Below, piece by piece: positions 54,579 to 64,000 of a stretch of DNA of 64,000 nt (positions are counted from its first letter, which is position 1; each line of letters starts with the position of its first letter). The notes beneath the pieces are model-generated. The model saw only the letters and a list, made by a program, of their open reading frames with translations, did no database searches and was not told the DNA's origin. Origin of the DNA: Pocillopora damicornis (Eukaryota); contig NW_020845359.1 in NCBI RefSeq assembly GCF_003704095.1, forward strand, positions 1 to 64,000, in the 5' to 3' direction. The position numbers and the translations under genes were made by a program.

Positions 54579-55997
54579 TTAGTTTTGGATTCCTCTTACC
54601 AAGAATATCATGACAAGCTTTTCCCACCAAAATAATTTATGCAAATTAGGCTACAGCAGATCTGAGATCCGTTTGGCAATTATGAGCTGTAAGAGAAGAA
54701 CTGAGTTCGCGCCACAGTACGATCGAGGTGTTGAGGATGAATTAATTTTTTTGGCACTTTTCGGGGCTAAATTGTATGGCGAGAGTAACCCAAGTCCTTT
54801 AAGCTGACCTTTCTTGTCATAGTACGACTGTTTTCCAGATAGGGACACACGTTAATGTCAGCTTCACTCGCGTGAAAGCATTTTACAGTTTCATTCAATG
54901 ATAGGAAATTTTTTTACAAGGGATAATAAAGGATCGGCGTCGACCTGAAGCGTCGGCATCACTCGCGTAGAGTCAACCATTTTCTTTAGCCCCTCGCGAA
55001 ACATATAATGCAAATTTTCTGACTCATTCTATTGATACACACGACTCGACAGTGGCTAAGAGTTCAAAGAGGAAGAAATTTTCCCACCAAAACCATGTAT
55101 TTTTCGATTTTTTTAACGCCAACAAAAATGAAGTAGCCGCAAGTCCACTCAGGAAGATAACACCACAAACAAAGGCAAGCTCTAACCGCGATGAGAACAC
55201 TCATGGATCACGCCGCGCAGCAGAACTCGAGTTTTTTTCTCCCTGATAATGTTGGTCTGTTAAGAAATATATAACGGAGTTTTTTGCATCCATCGCCGAC
55301 AGCACTTAATTGGCTTCTTGTCAAGGATGAAGTGTACTTTAAATCGATCACTAAAGGAGAAAAGTCTTAGAAGTTTTTCTAGTTTCCCGCCGTGGTTTTC
55401 TGGCGCGCCGCTGCGAACACTGCCATATAACTACATCTATCAAGCTACAAGGAAATAAACAAAGACAAGTAGAAAAAGTTCTGTTCTCACAAACCTCTTT
55501 TACAATCTATGACCGATAGTACATCTCGTATCTCAAGTTGATTTTTAAGCAAGGGAAGTTATCACAGTTGACCGGGAGTGACGTTGGAAATGTAAATGCA
55601 ATGGAATACGCTACGAGAAGAGGTATTTTACTCGTTGGTAATTTTATTCTTAAATTCATCATCAGTTTTAAACGAAACATCCGCGACACTGACAATTGAG
55701 GGCAGACGCCACCAAGACGAAAACGACTTCGGCGAAAAAAATTAATAGAAAGTTAGCAAACGGAACGTGCACTTACTATAAGTTATTAATTCAGCTCGAA
55801 TTGGTCGGTCATCGGAACAGGAGAACAAATTTTTAAATTAAACTAACTTGGCTTTTTCATCACGATTTTTCATGGTTAACGTAAAATTAAATCTGCCAAG
55901 GAAAAGATATGTACAATCAAGACGAGTAAATTAAATGTTTTTGAAATTCATACTGAAAATTGGTTTATTATATGATAAAAACGCACAGTCTAAAAAG

Positions 55998-57135
55998 GAC
56001 TGACTTTCCAAGAGAGAGAACCAGGTGAAAAAAAGTGGAAGGTTCTGCCCTCAGATAACAACAGCCCAAATAGGACTGACTACCCAAGAGAGACAGAACC
56101 AAGTAGAAAAAAAAAATAAGAAGGTTCTACCCTCAGATAACAACAGCCCAAATAGGACAACTACCCAATAGAGACAGAACCAGATGAAAAAAGAAGGAAA
56201 GGTTCTGCCTTTAGACAACGACAGCCCAAATAGGACTGACTATCCAAGAGAGACAACAAGATGAAAAAAAGGGAAGCTTCTGCCTTCAGATAACAACAGC
56301 CCAAATTGGACTGGCTACCCAAGAGAGACAGAACCAGTTGAACCGGGTGACAAAACAGGACGAAGAAAGAAAAAAAATACTGGTCCTTTCCTCACTGGGT
56401 TAAGACAGGTAATTATAGCCTAATGAGACAGAACCAAGTAGAAAAAAAAGCAGAAGGTTCTACCCTCAGATAACAACAGCCCAAATAGGACGACTACCCA
56501 AGAGAGACAGAACCAGGTGAAAAAAAAAGGAAAGTTCTGCCTTCAGATAACAACAGCTCAAATAGGACGGCTACTCAAGAGAGACAGAACCAGGTGAAAA
56601 AAAAGGAAAGGTTCTGCCTTCATATAACGACAGCCCAAATAGGACGACTACCCAAGAGAGACAGAACCAGGTGAAAAAAAGGAAAGGTTCCGCATTCAGA
56701 TAACAACAGCCCAAATAGGACTGACTACCCAGGAGAAACAGAACCAGGTGAAAAAAAGGGGAAGGTTCTGCCCTCAGATAACAACAGCTCAAATAGGACT
56801 GACTACCTAAGACAGACAGAACCAAGTGGAAAATAAAAAAGGTTCTGCGCTCAGATAACAACAGCTCAAATAGGAATGACTACCCAAGAGAGACAGAACC
56901 AGGTGGAAAAAAAGGAAAGGTTCTGCCTTCATATAACGACATTCCAAATAGGACTGACTACCCAAGAGAGACAACAAGGTCAAAAAAAGGGAAAAGTTCT
57001 GCATTCAGATAACATAAGCCCAAATTGGAGCGGCTACCCAAGAGAGACCGAACCAGTTGAATCGGGTGACAAAACAGGACGAAAAAAGAAAAAATACTGG
57101 TTCTTTCCTCACTGAGATAAGACAGGTAATTATAG
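55998..57135. repeat. ~75-80-bp minisatellite array (~14 units) in two higher-order blocks
   Basis: Unit ggactgactacccaagagagacagaaccaggtgaaaaaaaggaaggttctgccttcagataacaacagcccaaata; a shared ~88-bp terminal segment at 56331-56418 and 57050-57135. Confidence 0.92.
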
Positions 57136-57820
57136 ATTGTATCTGATTACCCAATTATATCTGATTACCCAAGAGAATGGATAAGAAACAACAAAGAACG
57201 AGAACATGCCCTGGATTCTGCTTTCGAATCTGTGAAATAGTACAATAAAATTAGTTCGAAAGAACACTAACCTGCTAAGACTCCGTCATCTAACAGGGAA
57301 GGAATACTTAAGGTGCGTTGTCAGGATTCATTCCATAATAAATTCATCTTGATCATGTTAGGTTCAAACAGTTGGATAATACTCCTTGTGATCTTAAGCA
57401 TTTATCATCTAACTACCGGAGAAGTAGGTCCTTTTCTTGCTTTGAAGGCACAGAAGCAAAGGCAAACCTTGCTTTGCCGATTAAACGGTTAAGGCATCAT
57501 CATTTTCGGCTCGCGTTACTAAGCAGCAAGATCTATCATGCGTCATCATATAGCTGTAAACAGAACTCATCAAGCATACAACTTTACCTTAAGTTGTATG
57601 CAAAAGCAAAAAGCAAAAGAGCATTGCCTCGGGTATCTGAACCGTTTCTCAAGCAAATAGAAGCTTGCACTCCATGGAGGGTGTTGCTCAAAAAATGAGG
57701 TATTCAGGATCGAGATGCCAGATATGATAGCTTGAGTATTAATGATGATAAGAGAATAAATAAAGAAGATAAGAAATCAACTTTTGCTCATGGTCACCAT
57801 CAATTAAATTAATAAAAAAT

Positions 57821-58368
57821 ATGAGTCCTGATAATATTCCATTCACTGCAATAATAGTCGGACCTACAAATTCAGTAAAGCCAAGATACCCAGTCAATAT
57901 CTTGAGCGCCACCTTTAGAGGAAAGTTTGATTTCATCGTTTTCCTCTGTCCAACATTCATTCACAACATTAATAAGGACTTACTTATCTTGACTCCATTC
58001 CAAAACCAGATTGATGACTGGCTCAAGATTATCAGTTATGTGTATGAGGGAACTAATACACTGATCATTCTCGATTCGACTAATGAACTCGTGAATTTAG
58101 CATTCAGTGCAAGACATAAGGGAATCAGCGTTTGGGTCATCACACAACAGATGACAAGTATCGCAAAACCATTCAGAGAGAACACTGCAGCATTAGTTCT
58201 CTTCTACACACCGTCAGCCATGAAGACATGAAGATTATTTTTGAGGATTATGCAGGTGTGTTGATGAAAGATGAGCAGAAGGAATTAACAGTAAAGCTAA
58301 AGAGCGGGAAGTATTCACATCTCATATTTTCACTTCGCCATTCCTTCAGTATACATTTTAAAATTTAA
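57821..58368 (+). pseudogene. A32-like packaging ATPase copy 2
   Basis: Degenerate Walker A IIVGPTNSVK, FLCPTF, Walker B LIILD, ARHKGISVWVITQQ; one frameshift near 58220. Confidence 0.85.
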
Positions 58369-58376
58369 CGTATAAA

Positions 58377-58840
58377 ATGGATATGAATGAGAAAGAAGCT
58401 ATCACAAATGTTATGAGTGTTCTCGAAGCTGAACCCTCAAGTGATGCAAATTATCGAGAGCAGCTCGCTGTGCTTGTTGCGAGTGGAAAAGTGAAGGAAA
58501 TGATTGGTATATCTCTCACCCAGGATCAAGTCAAGAAGCTTTCTGAACAAGGTGTTAAGACCTACTTCTAGAGATATGGAGCTTTTTTGTCTTCAAAGAC
58601 TAGATACAGTGGTTAATACACTTATTCAGCTCTCATGTCAAGCATTGGCTCATTTTCTCCCTGTTGATGAAGGAAAACTTCTGAAGAACTCGAACAATAA
58701 CTTCATGGTCAAGAGAGAACTCCGAATGATTGCCGGTGGACTGAGTCTGAAGTAAGGAAAGTACATGGAAATCGCAAGTGCTGCTCTTCTCACTATCAAA
58801 AATGTTGAAGTACTCTTCAAATCGCCTTCGGTCAATGATT
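58377..58840 (+). pseudogene. Conserved Polinton-like hypothetical protein downstream of the ATPase
   Basis: REQLAVLVASGKVKEMIGISLTQDQVKKLS; its N-terminus (LEAEPSSD) is also present after ATPase copy 1 at ~48950-49030 on the - strand. Confidence 0.6.
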
Positions 58841-59005
58841 AGGAAATAGATAGTATTTGTGAAAAACTGAATAAAAACTTGAATAAGAACTTAAATGAGA
58901 ACTTGTGTAAAAACTTGAATGAGAAATAGAAGTAATGTATCAACAAATAAAATGAGCGGTAAAGAATCTTAGACTGAAGAAGCGCCGGCTCAAAAGGCGA
59001 CTTCA

Positions 59006-59390
59006 ATGGATGAAAATAAGGCAAAACCAAATAAAGACCCAGGGGATGTCGCAGCTGGCAAAAAACTTACTGAGCACAACAGAGGAATGAGAAAGGAAAA
59101 AAAATATGAAAGGAGATTTAAAACAATCCAAAGGAATGCAACCAGAACCAGAACCGAAATCAGCACCATCATCATCGTCTCTGTCACTCACTCAAATTCC
59201 CTCAGTAGCAAGTGTCGTTCTCTCAGTGGCTGGACTGTACTATAAAAGAAAAGAGTTGATGGCTCTCGTTAAAAAAAAGGACAAATTCAAGAAACTGGTA
59301 AAGATATATAAAACAAAAAGATCGTCAATCTTGCCAATCCAATTGACCACCAAGACGCAGTGACCAAGAAGTATGTTGACGAAAAAACAG
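59006..59390 (+). pseudogene. Small Polinton-like genes: KDPGxVAAGKKL protein and DAVTKKYVD fibre-like repeat fragment
   Basis: KDPGDVAAGKKLTEHNR..VLSVAGLYYKRKEL; PTDHQDAVTKKYVD-like motif at ~59335-59385. Confidence 0.45.
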
Positions 59391-60548
59391 AAACAATTGA
59401 TTTATTCTATTTTTTTTTTTCAAAATATGCCCCCAGAAGTCTCTTCGTTGAGACATTCGTCTAGGAAAAAGCAACGTGCAGGTATCACACAGACCATAAC
59501 TCAAACAGTGAAATATATTATCAAAATAATTTTGTGTCCCTGCTTTCGATCAATTAGGATTCAAAATCAAAACAGATGGCTCTCGAAATCGGCAAATGAA
59601 AAATTGAGATACTCTTTGATTGGAAGTGGAATCTGGTGGATTTCTCTGCCAAGAAAAACAGATTTTTAACGATTGGTGGAGCAAAAGCAGAGAGACAAGA
59701 TTTTGGATTTATCACATTGATGGTGAAGGAAGAGGAAGGTTTCCAAAACAATAGACATTGATCTAAAAATGTCGATTGAGCTGTCATTAGGTGAAAGAAA
59801 ATGAAAACGATTAAAGCGTCAATGCTTCTTCTTTCTGGTGAAAAACTTTTCAAGTGTTCTGCAACACCTGCAATAGAGGCAGAATTCGTGTGGGAAAATT
59901 ACACAAAAATAGTTCGAGATCGTTTTCATGAAGGACTGACCTCAGACTGTCACACTCTTCTCCCTTACAAAGACGTAATTTTGACAGAAGAACAAATCAA
60001 GGCACACCACGACTTTTTTGGGAGAAGATACAACACTGACATTTGAAAATCTTCACACAAACAATCAACACCCTTTTAACGACGCCGATCGCGCGACAAG
60101 AGGATCGTTCAAGATGATAATATTCACATCCTCTTCAGAACTCATGAGTGAGACGTTGTGAAGATGGTGTTAATATTATTCACCTGTGAAAAATTTAAGT
60201 TGCCTTTTAAATCAAGGTTGATTCAACATGCTCAAAAACTGGTTGATTTGAGATTAAATTCACTAGTTGCCTTTCAAATCAAGGTTGACTTGAAATCAAC
60301 CGTGATTTCCAGGTTAAAATTGCCTTTGAAATCAAGGTTGTCTCCAAAATAAGTCAGAAACCCCAATTTCTAACCACAGATTGAAGTAGCTATTTGCACA
60401 CACCTTTCTATTCAATCATCTCAACTTTATTATAAATATGTATAAACCAGCCTTGTCAGTTGCAGTTTGGTTGCCTGTTACCCCGATCAAGAAGTCACTG
60501 TCGAAATTACTTCTTATATTGACAAAGTTCTCTCAAGATCACATGCCT

Positions 60549-60897
60549 TTACCGCTACCCTCTGACATTACTGCAATGTTGCCTGAGTGGGATCCAAAGT
60601 AACCAATACGTACTCACTTTGTTAGAGAATTCAGTTATATTACAAATCCAGATGTTAAAGAGTGACTGATAAACCAGCAAAAACTAAATGAAATTGAGTT
60701 TTGTCATGAGTTTCATGTCCCTGTAGCTACAGGGACATGACAAACTCAATTTCATTTAGTTTTTGCTGGTTTATTAGTCACTCTTTAACATCTGGGTTTG
60801 TACTATTAATTGAATTCCCCAACAACGCGAGCACTTATTGGTTACTTTGGGTCCCACTCAGACAACATTGCAGTAATGTCAGAGGGTAGCGGTGAAG
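60549..60897. repeat. ~350-bp spacerless palindrome (foldback)
   Basis: Arms accgctaccctctgacattactgcaatgttg.. / ..caacattgcagtaatgtcagagggtagcggt, centred on ctgtag|ctacag at 60726/60727. Confidence 0.95.
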
Positions 60898-62722
60898 TTA
60901 CCTGCAAATCTTGAACGATCGCTGTTCCACGTGAACAGAGCGTGACTGAAATTTGGCCTTGTCACTCTGCGTTCTTATGCGCTTACATGTTAATTTTCAA
61001 TAAATGCTCGATTTATTTGACATGGCGTCCTTTTTGTCTTCTTTGCGCTACGTAACAAATCCCTTGGCGATTGATACTTCGGGAAACCGATAATTTTGTT
61101 TCCTTTGACTGCTTTGGGACCTGCACAATGTGTCTTGATATGGTTTTGACTTCGCTGAGAGACCTTTCGCACCATTACTTTTAGAATTTGTGCAATACAC
61201 TTTGTCTGCTCAGTTGGGATGTGCACAATTTTATTTTTGCTCCTCCGCTAGTCGTTTCTTACTCTGAGGGAACCATTTACTTTCATTAACTAGCAATGCT
61301 CGTCGTAAAATACTTTGCCAACTTGAAAGTAAAGCCTGCAGCAGAACTTTCATAATAATTCCCAGCTTGGAAAGATTTACATCTGACTATGACTTTTTCT
61401 TCCGTCCACCCTTCACCACCCTGAAGCCAACATCCCTGCTAACTAGATCTTCGACCTAAAAAATGGAAAAAGCATCAAGAAAATACAAATCAAAACAGCA
61501 AAGTTGAGTTGCCCACTATAAGTTTAATTCACTACTATTTCTAACAATACATATTCCTGAAACATACAAATGTTTACATCCTTTTAGTCATTTAATAGAA
61601 GTAAATTTTACTAGAGCCAGAAGTCACCGATGCTGCTTTTAAAAAGGCATCTACAATAAAATATGCCATGGCCAAACCTTACTGTTAGGAAATGGTTGAC
61701 TCATCTGAAATCCATGATCAGTCTTGAACGGGAAATCAAATTGTATCTGAATAAGCCCAATGTGACCCTTGTTTGAAGCATACGAAGGTGTTTATGAAGG
61801 CATTTATTCATCAAAAATGCTATTCAGGCTTCCCCTGTCCGTGGTAGCATGACATGCCATTAAAAAAATAAAATATCCTGGGATGGAAGAAGCAACCTTC
61901 TACAAGGACAAAGGAATTCTACAAATAAAACTTTTCCGGGATTCACATAAGAAACCCAGTATAACTAGTAACATGCATGTGAATCATGGATCATGCTTCT
62001 ACGGTGGCCTACAGGGGACAGCTGCAAACAAATGCATATTGGTGCAAACAAATATATGTGGATGTAAACAAATGTGGGGGTAGAGTCTACCTTGGCATAA
62101 AGTGCTCAATGCTGTGGTAGCAGAGCTGAGTATATATAAGTGAAAGAATCAAAGAGGACGCATCGATTCTCTGTTACTCTGAGTTTCGCGCCTAAGCGCT
62201 CGTCAGACAGAACTTTTTATATATTGATGCAAAAATAAGCGTTCGTAAGACAGAACTTTTCATATATTGATGCAAAAAATAATAAAGCATTAGGTAAAAT
62301 TAATAAATGTTGCTGCAAATTAGTAAAAGCTCCGACAAATAAAAGTAAACATTTCGGCAAATTAATAAATGCTGCAAACAAATAACTTTTATTGCTTCAA
62401 ACAAATAAAAGTTGCTGCAAATAAGTTGAAGTTGCTGCAAACAGAAACTAAGAATCTCTGCGCGCGCAGGAATCAGGAGAGACTGGCATGGTAGTTCAAT
62501 GTCCAGAATGGCTCAGAATGGCTCAAAATGGCGGGAATAGCGATGCTGACTAGCGACTAAATATAGGAATGGCTCTGATCTGTGATTTGATGATAAAAAT
62601 AGTATAAGTTAATAAGTTATATCTTAACTCCTTGCTCGTGAGTATTGATAACCGCGTGTCTCGAAGCGGAACATTGAAGTATCAATGTGAAAACACCGAT
62701 GTGTCAAACAAGAAATGGCTAC

Positions 62723-64000
62723 TTACTTAACGAAGAGAAGGCAGAGTCTATCTTGTTCAGCGAGGTCGTTCAGCGATATTCNNNNNNNNNNNNNNNNNNN
62801 NNNNNNNNNNNNNNNNNNNNNNNNNNNNNNNNNNNNNNNNNNNNNNNNNNNNNNNNNNNNNNNNNNNNNNNNNNNNNNNNNTTCATGCCGTCCAGGAACA
62901 ACAACAGTCTCCGCCAAACTTATCTCAAAAACTTTCTTAACGCGATCAAAATCAATTTTGCAACCATATTTGCCCAGAAAATCTATACCTAGCAAACAGT
63001 CCTGGGTAACATCTGCAGCGATTAACACCGAATGAACAACATTTACCTCATTATTGCAAATTAGCAGGTCACATCTCCCCCTAATATCCAAAGGTTGGCC
63101 ATTTGCCAAAACCACAGGGTCATCTACCACGCTTAACTTAAGACTTTTAGTGGACCTATCGAGTACCCGCTGATGTACAAGAGACAGTGCTGACCCAGTC
63201 GACCAATATCTTAATAGGTTGCCCTCCCACTAGCCCAGGCACATACATGGCATTATAACTAGAAACACTACGAATACTCGCAGACGAATTCTCTACTTTC
63301 ACATTTGAATCCCTCTCCGGTACTTTGAAAGTCTCTCCCTTCTCCCTGACCGACATTTGACCCACGGTGCCAATCACTGGCAGTTTCCCTGTTGATCCCT
63401 GGGCAGTTGGGTACACTCAGCAATGTGATGGCCGTTCTCTGCGATCTTTAGTATTTGGCCCCAATCCCCGACCATTTTGTTTACGTTCATTCTCGTTCGA
63501 GGTTGGGGGTTGTTGTTATCTCTGCACAAACTGAACCATCTGGCTTATGGCAGCCGTTTTTTGCTTCAGGAGCTCTGCAAGTTCGCTCTTCTCCTCTCTT
63601 GATGGCCCTTGTATCAATCACACCAATCGACCTTTTGTGCACTAAGACCCAGCCTTGTACATTGCCTCGATCTGCAAGGTTCGACTATAGCCTCATCGAG
63701 CGTTTTTGGGGTGGATTCTCGGATCTTCATCTGTATTTCCCGATCCTCCAACGCATCAATGAACTGATCCTTCGCTAGGCTGTCTTGCAAATCAGTAACC
63801 ACCTCCAGGTACGCTTTCCCGACAAGTCTCCGCAACGAACTGGCGAGATCTGGCAGCCTCTCCTCTCGCTCGCGACACCTTGCACGAAATTCAGCTTTGT
63901 GAAGCTCTCTCCGTTCCTTTGGGACAAACCGCTCACAGAGTGCTGCCTTCAAATTCCCATATTTCACCCGTACGCCCAGCAACAAATTCTGAAGTTGAAG
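62723..64000 (-). mobile_element. Ty3/Gypsy LTR retrotransposon fragment (gag plus aspartic protease), decayed
   Basis: gag-like AEFRARCRE..LASSLRRLVGKAY..KDQFIDAL..PKTLDEA; protease IKILVDWVSTVS (DTG corrupted), LANGQPL, DCLLGIDFL. Confidence 0.85.

Noticed and set aside
55998-57135. CRISPR array or repeat-protein ORFs
   Set aside because: The whole unit is repeated, with no unique spacers; A-tract length changes break the reading frames
60990-61560. Crypton tyrosine recombinase fragment
   Set aside because: Only vague similarity; the catalytic HxxR and Tyr motifs are not visible

Overview
AT-rich, intron-dense animal genomic DNA; the gene structure and repeat families suggest a cnidarian such as a stony coral (inference only). 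Bases 512-31276 hold a complete 21-exon Tec/BTK-family tyrosine kinase on the + strand. I spliced it by hand into a 644-aa PH-BTK motif-Pro-rich-SH3-SH2-kinase ORF with GT-AG junctions and consistent phases throughout. Its introns carry MITEs, SINE-like repeats and LINE fragments. Bases ~33.6-60.4 kb are the decayed remains of at least two Polinton/adintovirus-like endogenous DNA viruses: Polinton-type PolB, minor and major capsid, rve integrase, two A32-like ATPases and a giant-virus-type Vsr-like nuclease. Other elements are nested in that region: a CR1/L2-type LINE, a 9-bp-TSD DNA transposon with NHL repeats, THAP/YqaJ remnants and a Penelope element with hammerhead ribozymes. A Ty3/Gypsy fragment ends the window. 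The most unusual observation is a ~280-codon family-A-like (TVpol-type) polymerase domain inside the exonuclease region of the viral PolB, with both junctions in frame. All protein-family calls come from motif recognition by eye; no database search was run.
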